Shown here piece by piece: positions 34,621 to 44,670 of a stretch of DNA of 59,428 nt. Each line of letters starts with the position of its first letter. Position 1 is the first letter of the stretch. Made by a program: the position numbers and the translations under genes. The DNA lies in the NCBI GenBank assembly GCA_001275005.1, contig JWZX01003409.1, positions 62,001 through 121,428 on the forward strand, written 5' to 3'. The notes under the pieces are model-generated. The model worked only from the letters and a program-made list of their open reading frames with translations, did no database searches and had not been told where the DNA came from. Source of the DNA: Chrysochromulina tobinii. Lineage: Eukaryota.

Positions 34621-37600
34621 ACCCACCCGCCGTCGGGATCGGCTCCCATCTCAACGATCGTTTCGCGCGAGCCTCGCCCCCGTAAGCCTCCCGAATCTCA
34701 GCCAGCAGCGGCAGGATGGTCGTCGGCTCGCCGCGCACGACCCGGGGTGCCGAGTAGAGGTGCGTGATCGGCATCTGCTTGCGCAATCGAAGCGCCTCCA
34801 TCGCCTTCTCAACGTTGCGCCGGCAGTGCGCCGTGGACCGCGGCTGCCGCTCCACGCCGAGCAGTGTGCGGCGCTCGAGGGTTTCGACGAGCGCGACCAG
34901 CTGCAGCCCATCGCGCCATGGGACGAGGGAAGCAGGCTCACGGACGCTCAGCTGCGTCGCGTGCTCCGGTACTCCGACCGCCCGCAGCCAGGCACCAAGG
35001 CGCGGCAAGTTGAGACCCTCAAGCTTGCTCATTGTGGCAGCCGCCTGGGCGGCAGTGGCCTCCGCCTCCTCCGCCTCCTCACTTCTCTGCTCAGCGCTCA
35101 GGGAGGCAAGTGCGGCAAGCGCGGCCTCCATAGACTCGGCGCGGCGCGCCACCGCCGACGGAGACTCGACGGATGGTGGCGGCGGCTGCTGCTGCTGCTG
35201 CGGCGGCGGCGGCTGCGAGGTCGCGGGCAGATACCACGACGTCGATGACGATGGCGGTGGCGGTGAGCCCAACGTCACCGAGCGCGAGGCGATCCAGGCG
35301 GCATTGACCGCGTCGGCTGAGAGGTCTGCTGCATCGGCGGCAAGGCCGGCGCTACGCCCACTACGGTGCGCCTGACGCACCGTAGCCTCCCCGCCGACGG
35401 CCGTGGCGCCTGTCCCCGCGACAGGATCGGTTCGAAAAGGTCGGTCGGGGAGCGTAACGGCCGTCGGGTAGTAGAGAGGATTGAATGGAGGGCCGGTGCT
35501 CGCCGGCGCTGATGAGCCGCCTCCCCCGGCAGCAGCGTACTGGCCCAACGTACGAACCACGGCGGCGCGAGCGCGAGCCTCGTCCGTCCCTCTGCCGGGG
35601 CTGCTTGGTCGTAGACTCGTAGTAGAAGTAGTGGTAGAATACTCTTTGGGCGGTGGCTCCTTGGCCCACGCCTCGAGGGACGCGAGGGCACCGTCCTTTG
35701 GCGATGTGGGCCGAGAGTGCGGCCTTGGCGGCGCCGACGTTGACGGCTCGGCGGTGCGCGCTCGGTGCAGAGCGATGCGCCGCGCTGCTAGTAGCCAGCT
35801 GAGGGCAGCGGCGCGATCCCCATGGAGCAGCTCGGCCTCGAGACCGATCTCCGCGTGCGAGGGCATCGCCGCACCACCGAGGGCCGCGTCCCTTAACCGC
35901 CGGGTGGCCTTGCGGATATTGGAGAGCGCGGTCGCGCAAGTGTACGGAGGGCGGAAGATGCACAAAATGGGCGCGCCCGAAACGTACGCGGCGACGTCAC
36001 AGAGCAGCTCACCGCTCGCCACGGCAGGCATGATCAAATCGAGTGTCGGCAGGCGCAGCGTCGAGGACGGCGGTGCGCGCGCGCGCGAGGAGTACAAGGC
36101 TCGACGGAGCCGGCCGCTCATGCCGCCGCCATCCACTGAGCGCGCAGGTGAGCGCTCGCCAGGACGCGGCGGCGAGGAGGAGGAGGCGCGTCCTGGCGAG
36201 CGCGGCGAATGCGGCGAATGCGGCGAGCGCGGCGAGCGCGGCGAGCATGGGGCGAGTGCGGCGAGCGGCGCGGAGCGCGGCGGCGAGAGAGAACTCGAGC
36301 GTGCGAGTGTCCGGCCCGCGGGAGATGCGACGAGATCGCGACCTCGCTCCGGGGAGATGCCACGGCTGCTGGGGCGTGCGGGCGAGGCGAAAGGGGAGGC
36401 GCCGCCCGACGGCCCATGTATCGTCCATGGGCTCAGCGGCGAGCGGCCTGGCGTGAGCGGCAGGCTCGAGCGACGACCGTCACCCTCGGCACCGCCTGCG
36501 CCGTTGCCTCCGCCGCCTGCGCTGTAGCCTCCGCCGCTGAGCCTGTCGGTTGGGGGCACGTGGACGGTGCGGATCAGGAGAGCCTCATGCAGCCAGTGCA
36601 TCAACTTGAATTCCGTCAGCGCGCCGACCACCCGCCCACCGGCGCGCCTCTCGTGATTGGCTCGCTGATCGCGCTCCTCACGCCAGCGCCGCCGAGGCTC
36701 AGGGTGAGGCTCAGGGTGGGCCTCGGTGGGGGAGCGACGGCCCGACGACGACGACGTATCGGCAGGTGGGCTCTCCCCGCGCAGGGGAGGGTAGGCGGAG
36801 CGGGCTGGCTCGGGCTCGCCATTGGGCAGGTAGCGCACATGAGGCGTCGCTTCCGCTGCTTCCGCTGCTTCCTCATCCGTCGCCGCCTGTGAGTGTGTGG
36901 CACGGCGCGGCGCGTCGTGGTGGGCACGACGGGACGCGCGTCGTGGCGGCGCGGCGGCGGGCGGCGCGGGGTTGAACTTGCGAAGCCACGAGAGCAGCCG
37001 CCACACGGGCTGTGTGTCTCCCGCCGTCACGGAGGCCACTGCCCTTCGCAGGAGGACGAGCTCCGCGCGCGGGACGACGACACGGCCCCCCGTCACGCCC
37101 CGCCGCAGCTCGTCGACCGCAGCCAGCAAGTTGGCCTCGCTGTGCATGGGCGCCCTCGGCTTCGGATACGGCGGGCGCCGCCGGCGTGGGCCCGCAGCGA
37201 GGCCCTCACGCGCCGCCTCCTCGGCCAGTCGAAGTGCAGGGTCGGCGAGGCGTGTGGCGACCTCGAAGAGGAGGGTGCCGTTGCAGATGGGGCTCTGCTC
37301 GGGCGAAAGGGAGAGGCACTCATCCGGTGCGTCGGGGCAGGCTGCTTGCCGACGCAGCGGCGCCGGCTCCGCCACATCGATCAGAAAGGAGCGCCGCAGC
37401 CACGTGTGCACGAGCGCGCGGCCGGCCTCGGTCTCCCAGAGCGCTGCCTCGGCGGCCTTCTCGGCGGTCACCTCGGCTGCCGCGATCGCCCAAGACGGCG
37501 CCGCAATCTCGGCCGCCACCTGCACGGAGATGCCTCGCATGCTGGCCGGCAGCCTGAGCCGCTCATCGCTCGCCGTCCTTGGCAGCGAGGCGGGCAGCGA

Positions 37601-40220
37601 GGTGGGCGGCGGCACCACGGCGGTAAGCATGGTGAGATGCTCGACGGCGGCATTGATCAGGCTTAAAGGTACACCTGCCACCCTCGCCGCATGCAACGCT
37701 TGCTGCAGAGCCGCGGGCTGTGCACGTCCCATTGCCTTCTCCAACTGCTTCATGCTCGCCGCACGCAGATGCGCGCACAGCGACGACGCATGGGCAGACG
37801 CGAGCGCGTTCAGCCAAGCCGCAAAGTTCGAGGCGGCGGCGTGCTCATCATGGTGCTTGTCCTCGGTGGAGTCCTCGGGAATCTCGCCCAGGCCCGCGGC
37901 CAGCTCGTCGGTGAGCTTGTCGGGAATGGCCGCCGCCAGCGTGCTCAGCACATGCAGCACTACCGGCTCGCCACCCCGCTTGAACAGAGCGTCGAGCTCG
38001 GAGATGGCGCCGGACACCCCGACATCCGCTGCAGCCTCTGCGGCGGGACGTGCACGTGCTGACAAGAGAGCCGGGATCAGGTGGGCCACGCGCGCGTCCA
38101 GGCGGAGACGCTCACCCGCCGCCGCCACCCTTTCCGCGGCGCCTTCTCGCGTCAAGCTGGAGGCCTCCGCCGTGTGTCTCCTCGGGGAGTTGGGGTCCGT
38201 TGGCGGCGGCGGCGTTGCCGGGTCGCTCGCACCGGTAGACGAATGTGACCGGTCGCTCGCACAGGCCCAGCGCACCGTGGCCTGCGAGCCCATCCGTGAC
38301 ATCCGCGAGGTCGAGGGTGGCCGCAGAGCCGACGGCAGTTGCGAAGGTGGCGGTGGCGGCGGCGGCGGCGGCGCGCGCGATGTGGCACCTTCGGTGACGG
38401 CCGCCCGCTTTGCTGCGAGCGCGGCAGCCGCATCGATCCGGTCCACCGCGCGGCGCTGCCGGAGCGTTTGCGGCGCCTCGGCGCGCGGGAGCGCGTACGT
38501 CGCGTACAGGTACGTAAGCAGCGACCAGAGCACCTCGGCCTGGCCGGTGGCAAGTGCGGTCGCCGACCAACGGAGATCGCCGCGAGGGAGAGGACCTTGC
38601 TGACGGAGCGCGCTGAGGGCCGCTTCGAAATTGGACACGCGCGCCGCGAGCGAGCGAGGGCGCAGATCGATGCCCGGGATGCGCCCGACGGTCTGCACCG
38701 TAGCGGGCGTCGACAGCCAGTCGCCCCGCAGCCGCTCCACCATCAAGCAAAGCAGCACACCCGACTCAAAGGCGGCAGGAACGTCAGCCGGGCGGTAGAT
38801 GGACGAGAAAGGCGTGCGCCGACGCGTGGGTGCGCTGCTCGCCCGTCGCGGCTGGTCCGTTGCACCATTCGAGGCCACAGCGCCGCCGCCGCCGCCGCTC
38901 AGCACGTCGCGCGTCGTGGAGAGGGTGGCATACATCTCATGCAAGGGAGGTCGGGCAAGCGAACCGGCGCAGTCGTGAGCGGGCCACGAAGAGCGCGCCT
39001 CTTCGGGCGCGAGTGGGAGCGCGAGCTCGCGCATCCAGCTCACGATCTCCTCGCGCGAGATCGGGGCGCGGCGGCCGCCACGTGGCGTCAGCCCCGGCGG
39101 CCGCCGCCACGAGGGCATGGACGGTATGCGGCGCGTCCATTTCACCGCGTGGGTTGGCGGCGCGGCGTCTGCGCTCCTTCACGCCGCTGTCCTCGTCCGC
39201 CCACGAGCCGTCCTTCCAAAAGAAGAGCGACGCCATCGGCCGCGGCAGCGTTGCATGCGTCATCGAGAGCCGACGGCCCGCGCTCCGTCCGGCTGCCGCC
39301 GCTCTGGCCGCCGCCGCTGCCGCATCGTAGCCCACTGCCCATGCGGGGTCGGTGAACAGTCGGCGCGCCGGGAAGGCACGCTCGAGCGTCGCGAGCAGTT
39401 CAGCGCGCTCCGAGGCGGCAGTGGAGGCGGAGGCGGCGCCAGCGGCGCGCGCGGCAGCGTGGGCGGCGACGCGGGTGGCAGCAGTGGTGTCCCCACCTCT
39501 CGTTTGCGCGTCCGCCTGTTTCAATGCGGAGGCGGCATCCCTACAAACAGGTGCAGCAAGATGGCTGGCGGCGGGTGCCGGCACCGTGGCGCCCGTGGAT
39601 TTCTGCGCCGCTCCCGCCGCCTCCACCGAATCCTCGGGCCGCGCGCGCATCACAGCCATAAAGTGGCGCTCGCCTCGCACAGCCACGAGCCTGCCACCGC
39701 GCTTAGCCGAAGACGTGGGCACAACACTGCTCGGAGACGACTCATCGACGCCACTCTTGGTGACGGCCGTGCAGAGCACGCGCGCAAGCACAGATAGATG
39801 CCTTGCGTCGCCCGCGTGCATCGCGTCGGCCGCACCTGGCGAACGCAGCTTGGCGGCTGCTGGAGGCCAGGCGTCCAAAAGAGCATCACGCGAGAGCCCC
39901 AGCAGACGCTTCTCCAGCTCGTCGAGGACGCCGTTCAAGCGATCAACCGGCCGCACGTCTGGGGCGATGAGTCGGCGCGCGGCCGCGCGTTGCGCGGACG
40001 TTTTTGCGATCGCGATCAGCATCTCTGCAAAGGTCTTGCCATCTCTCAACTCGTCCAGGCTGTTGACGAGTGCGCAGCAGTTGAGCGGCATGGCGTTGAG
40101 CTCAAAGACGGCAGCCTCATGCGACAGGTCGTCGGCGGACGGTAGCGTGGACCAGCAACGCCCGTCGTCGTTGGAGGGACCAGGGTCGCTGGGCGGAGAG
40201 TAAGAAGGGTTGAGGGGCAT
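34577..40220 (-). CDS. Large protein with about 5 calponin-homology-like domains; frame break (+1) around 39060-39175
   Basis: CH-like motifs LDELRDGKTFAEML, FESGVLLCLMVERL..NFEAALSAL, CNGTLLFEVATRL..NLLAAV, ASGELLCDV..NIRKA and WRDGLQLVALVETL..NVEKAMEAL..VVRGE. The two ORFs differ by one frame. Confidence 0.7.
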
Positions 40221-40362
40221 TTCTTTTGCCGCCACTCGTGGCGCCGTATCGCGCGCACTTATTTCCAAGAGGGGAGGCGGACCGCGGCGCGCCGCGCCGA
40301 TCTTCTCTCGCTCGGCCTGGAAACCACAATGTGTGCCGAATTCCGCAGACGATTGAATGCAT

Positions 40363-42213
40363 ATGGCGCGAAGGCGCCCGCCCGACATCGACGCGGCCAA
40401 CCGGCACATCTTCGGCCACGCTTCCTTCCGCACCGCGCAGCGCGACATCGTCATCGACATACTCGATGATAAGGACGTCTTCGTGCTGCTGCCGACCGGC
40501 GGTGGCAAGTCCCTTTGCTTCCAGCTCCCAGCGGTTCTCTCGTACGGGGTAACGATCGTCGTGTGTCCGCTGCTCGCGCTCATGCAGGACCAGGTGCAGG
40601 CGCTCGTGCGCGGCGCGGACGCAGCCGACCCGGCGCTGCGCGGCGTGCCTGCCACGTTCCTGTCGTCGACAGCAAAGGTGGGCCACGCCAATGCCGTCTT
40701 CGCGGACCTGGAACGTGGCACCTACGGCGACGGGCAGGAGCCGATCACCAAGTGCCTGTACGTGACGCCCGAGCAGCTCGCAAGCAGCGGTCGGCTGCGC
40801 AGCGCACTGCAGAAGCTGGCGAGCTGCCAGCCGCGGCTGCTCGCGCGCATCGTGGTGGACGAAGCGCACTGCGTGAGCGGCTGGGGCCACGACTTCCGAC
40901 CGGACTACAAGGAGCTCGGCGGGCTGCGCCAGCTGCTCCCGGGCGTACCCATCGTCGCGCTCACCGCCACCGCCACCGCCAAGTGCGTCGTGGACATCCG
41001 CAAGATGCTCAAGATGCGCCCGACGACCGCCATGCACCAGACCTCCTTCAACCGGTCCAATCTGCGTTACGAGGTGCGCCGAAAGGCGCCGAAGGACAAG
41101 GAGCGGAGTGCTGAGCAGGCGGCGTGCGCGCAGCTCGTCGCGTACATCAAGACGTGGCCGCCGCGCACGTGTGGCATCGTCTACTGCCTCTCGCAGGCGG
41201 ACACCGAGAAGTATTGCGACGTGCTGCTCCATGCGGGCCTGTCCGCCGGCGCGTACCATGCCGGCATGAGTGCCTCAGGACGGCGCGCCGCGCAGTCCGC
41301 GTGGATGCGCGGCGAGGCGGCTGGCGGCTTCGCGGTCATGTGCGCTACGATTGCGATGGGGATGGGCATCGACCAGAGCTGCGTGCGCTTCGTCGCGCAC
41401 GTGTGCCTGCCGAAGTCCCTCGAGGCGCTCTACCAAGAGAGCGGGCGCGCTGGCCGGGACGGCGCCTACGCAGAGTGTGTCATCTTCTACGCCCCGAAGG
41501 ACTACGCCCGCGTCGTGCACATGTGCCGCATGGGCAAGGGCACGCGCGCCGCGAAGGCGAAAGACAAGGAGCGCGCGAAGCAGGTCAAGGCTTACTGCGA
41601 GGCCTCCGACGGTTGCTGCCGTCGCGTGTCTTTACTGGAGCACTTTGGCGAGGTGGCGAGTGCGCAGCTCTGTCGATTCGAGGGGCACTCGGGCATGTGC
41701 GACGTGTGCGCGCCCCGCCCCGCCGAGGGTGAGGAGGCCGCGGCGGCGGTACCAGGGGCCAGAGGTGGCGGCGGCGCGCAGGGCGACGACGCCGACGACG
41801 GCTTCCGCCCGAAGAAGCGGAAACGCCTTGAAGCTATCGCCGAGGGCAAGACAGGCGCCATCGGCCCGGCCATGCAGCAGGTGGCTGCGGCAGCAGCATC
41901 CTCGGGCGCCGGAAGCCGTCCTGCGCTCCCAGGTGACGCAGCCCGAAGGAAAGCGAGCGCTGCGGCCAAGGGTGCGGTGCCTGCGCCGCCCGCCGTGGCC
42001 AACCCGTGGGAAGCAGCGAGGATAGCCGCGCCGCGCCCCGCCGCTCCCGTTGCGCCCGCTGCAAATGCGCTCCACTTTCGCGGGTCAGCGCTGGTGAACG
42101 CGGTTAGGGTGGGCGACAAGCGCAAGCAACCCTTCGCAGCGACTGTGCCAGCCGCTCGCGGCCGCGCTGGCGAGGATGTGATTACCATCTCGGATAGCGA
42201 TCTCAGTGATTGA
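40363..42213 (+). CDS. RecQ-family DNA helicase
   Basis: [71 protein letters not shown] and a Zn module [12 protein letters not shown]...CDVC. Confidence 0.95.
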   Translation: MARRRPPDIDAANRHIFGHASFRTAQRDIVIDILDDKDVFVLLPTGGGKSLCFQLPAVLSYGVTIVVCPLLALMQDQVQALVRGADAADPALRGVPATFLSSTAKVGHANAVFADLERGTYGDGQEPITKCLYVTPEQLASSGRLRSALQKLASCQPRLLARIVVDEAHCVSGWGHDFRPDYKELGGLRQLLPGVPIVALTATATAKCVVDIRKMLKMRPTTAMHQTSFNRSNLRYEVRRKAPKDKERSAEQAACAQLVAYIKTWPPRTCGIVYCLSQADTEKYCDVLLHAGLSAGAYHAGMSASGRRAAQSAWMRGEAAGGFAVMCATIAMGMGIDQSCVRFVAHVCLPKSLEALYQESGRAGRDGAYAECVIFYAPKDYARVVHMCRMGKGTRAAKAKDKERAKQVKAYCEASDGCCRRVSLLEHFGEVASAQLCRFEGHSGMCDVCAPRPAEGEEAAAAVPGARGGGGAQGDDADDGFRPKKRKRLEAIAEGKTGAIGPAMQQVAAAAASSGAGSRPALPGDAARRKASAAAKGAVPAPPAVANPWEAARIAAPRPAAPVAPAANALHFRGSALVNAVRVGDKRKQPFAATVPAARGRAGEDVITISDSDLSD

Positions 42214-42969
42214 TGGGGTTTTTTCCGGCTGCTAGCTAGTATCTGACCAAACACGGCAGCAACCCCTCGTGCGCCGTCGTGGCGTACGATAATCGATATC
42301 GAGAGTGACCGACCCTTGAAACCCTCTCCGCGTTACCCCGACGCTTGCGCTTTGATCATCATCCCGATCGCGTATGGTATCGTAGTATTCATTGTTCAAT
42401 CTTCAAATATACCGCGCCTCGACGTGCTTTATAAGTAAACGAAACCGGGGTCACCGTCTGAACATCTCGCTCAGCTCGTCGGACGTGCCCAGGGGAGTAT
42501 ATTCTTCCAGGTGCGGATGGAGCCGGTACGGTCCTTCTTGCCCTTCTCGGCGTCGGCCCGCTCCTTCGCAGCCTTGAGTTCGGCCACCTGTACGCTCCTT
42601 GCGCTTGGCGAGCTCGTACTTGCCGCGCAAATTTCGCTTGACAGCTCCTCCTGTAGCTGGGTCCCCTGCGGCACGCGCTCCTGCCGCCAGAGAGCGCGCA
42701 CCTCCTCGATGGCTGGCCGGCCCGGCGGCATCGCGAAGAGCAGGAAATCGGTGTGCCTCTTGTCCAACGGCTCGACGCGCGCGACGCGCCCCTCGGCGAG
42801 AAGCTCGTCCACGTCGACGACCTAAAAGGCCTCTGAGGTGAAAACCCGCAGATGATCTGAAATTTGGCCGCGCGCCCGATCATTCTGACTCGTGGCTTTG
42901 CATGTGAGCCAGGGCGAGCGTGTGCGATCTTGGTGTTCTCGGCTGCGATCGTCCAAGGGATGGCCAACT

Positions 42970-44262
42970 CTACCCTTCGATCTTTTTGGCGATGTGCTCG
43001 GCGAGCGGTTGGATCGTGAATTTTCCATCGACAGTGATACCTCTCCCCTCCGAGTTGCGCAGGTCTTCGATTGGCGTCCTGACTCTTCGGTTACCGGGTT
43101 GAGAGCCGTAGAGCCTGCCAACTTTCTGCCTGGTGAGCAGCGCGTGAAATAGCAAATCGGCGCCAACGTCGTAGGGGCCGGGAAGGCACCAATGCCCGCA
43201 ATCCGAAGGCATGTGCCCATCGGAGCGATCGTGCAGCGGTGTCGTCATGTCGATGTACGTGAAGCCATTCTCTTCGACGGCGACCTTGCCTGCCGCGTGC
43301 ATGAGCTGCGACACGTGAATCTGCGTATCATTCGGCCCCAAGGGTGGGATCACCACGCCGTAGCCGGTAGTCGAGCGGCAGTTATGGTGACCGCGGCTGG
43401 GCGACATGAAGTACACTTGCTGCCTGGGGTTGCGCATTTGACGTTGCACTTCCTTGGCGATCACGCGTATGCGCTCGTTCAAGGCGCGTACATCATGTCC
43501 CAACCACGCCGTGACTTGTGCCACCAGGATCGTGTTGCGTTTCACGTGCGGCAACCAAGCGTACCCATGCCTGTAGCCTGACGTACTGCTCTTGTTTTCA
43601 GGAAGAATGAACTCGTTGCGTCGAAAGGAGATGCGCAGAGGCGGCCGCTGCAGCTTGCCCCGTGTGGTCTCATCCACGCAAGCGATCGCGTCGGCCCGGA
43701 GCTCAGAGATGGGTATGAAGCTGGTGTCGCTCCCTGTGCGAAATCTCCCTGGTGTTGGTTCACCCACCTTCACCCATGCTCCGGTTGGCAACGTCCGTGG
43801 GGCGTCGCCCTCGTTGCGCCATATGGATCCTTTCATGAGCGATACGAAGCTGATGAAGAGCTCTCCAGTGTAGCTGTCACCGATGAAGAGGATTTCGGGG
43901 TTGTCATGGATGCGTTGAGGCACGAGGTGGTCGCATAGCTTCGCTGGATCGAAGCGAAACAGTTTGCAATCACTCGGCTCCCACCGGCTCGTCGCTTCTG
44001 CACGCGAGACATTATCTGGGAGGCCCTCGTCACACATGCCCCAAAACCGACGCATGCCGAAGGCCCAGCCTTTGACGAGCGGATTGCGTTGCAGGTCCCG
44101 GTACAGCCGATAGCGCGCTGATTGTTCGGTGGGCACCCATGTGCCGTTCGAAGCGCTCAAGTCGGCCAAGCTGCAGTATCCTCGGCTCTTGAGCCAGTTG
44201 GCGCGCCCGGAGGAATCGGCGTCAAGCAGAATCGGCGAGAGCAGCACGAGGCTGACACGCAT
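42970..44262 (-). CDS. TBL / PC-esterase-like (SGNH) polysaccharide O-acyltransferase
   Basis: WEPSDCKLFRFDP, ILFIGDS (GDS motif) and DCGHWCLPGPYD (DxxH motif); hydrophobic N-terminus. Confidence 0.8.
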   Translation of the reverse strand: MRVSLVLLSPILLDADSSGRANWLKSRGYCSLADLSASNGTWVPTEQSARYRLYRDLQRNPLVKGWAFGMRRFWGMCDEGLPDNVSRAEATSRWEPSDCKLFRFDPAKLCDHLVPQRIHDNPEILFIGDSYTGELFISFVSLMKGSIWRNEGDAPRTLPTGAWVKVGEPTPGRFRTGSDTSFIPISELRADAIACVDETTRGKLQRPPLRISFRRNEFILPENKSSTSGYRHGYAWLPHVKRNTILVAQVTAWLGHDVRALNERIRVIAKEVQRQMRNPRQQVYFMSPSRGHHNCRSTTGYGVVIPPLGPNDTQIHVSQLMHAAGKVAVEENGFTYIDMTTPLHDRSDGHMPSDCGHWCLPGPYDVGADLLFHALLTRQKVGRLYGSQPGNRRVRTPIEDLRNSEGRGITVDGKFTIQPLAEHIAKKIEG

Positions 44263-44670
44263 TGCGTGCGGGACCGTTACCGGTACACAGTACTAGGTAA
44301 CCAACACGACGCGTTGGAAAGGGGGAGCGACAGACGCCGACACACCACGGGCACCTTCCTTGCTCACCATCGCGCGGCCATCTCGGCAGCCGTCGTTCTC
44401 GCGGACGCAACTACCATACTCCTCGCCGCTCCCGCCATGAGCTTCAAGCTCACCCTGGGCATGTCGCCCTTCTAAACCGCCCCCGCGCGGTACCCGCCTT
44501 GGTGTGAATGTGTGTGTGTGAATGTGAATGTGTGTCTGTGTGACTTCTAACACACACGGCGGACGTACTTTGCCGCCGTCAGTCCCGTCGATGAAAAGCA
44601 ATCGGGGTAAAAATTCCCACGATCGCCCCCGCCGCGCGCACCGGCTACCGACCTCCGTGGCAGGAGCAGC

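Noticed and set aside
42471..42821. Possible extra 3' exon of the TBL gene (VVDVDELLAEG...)
   Set aside because: An acceptor-like TTTTAG is present, but I found no donor giving a convincing in-frame join. Left uncalled.
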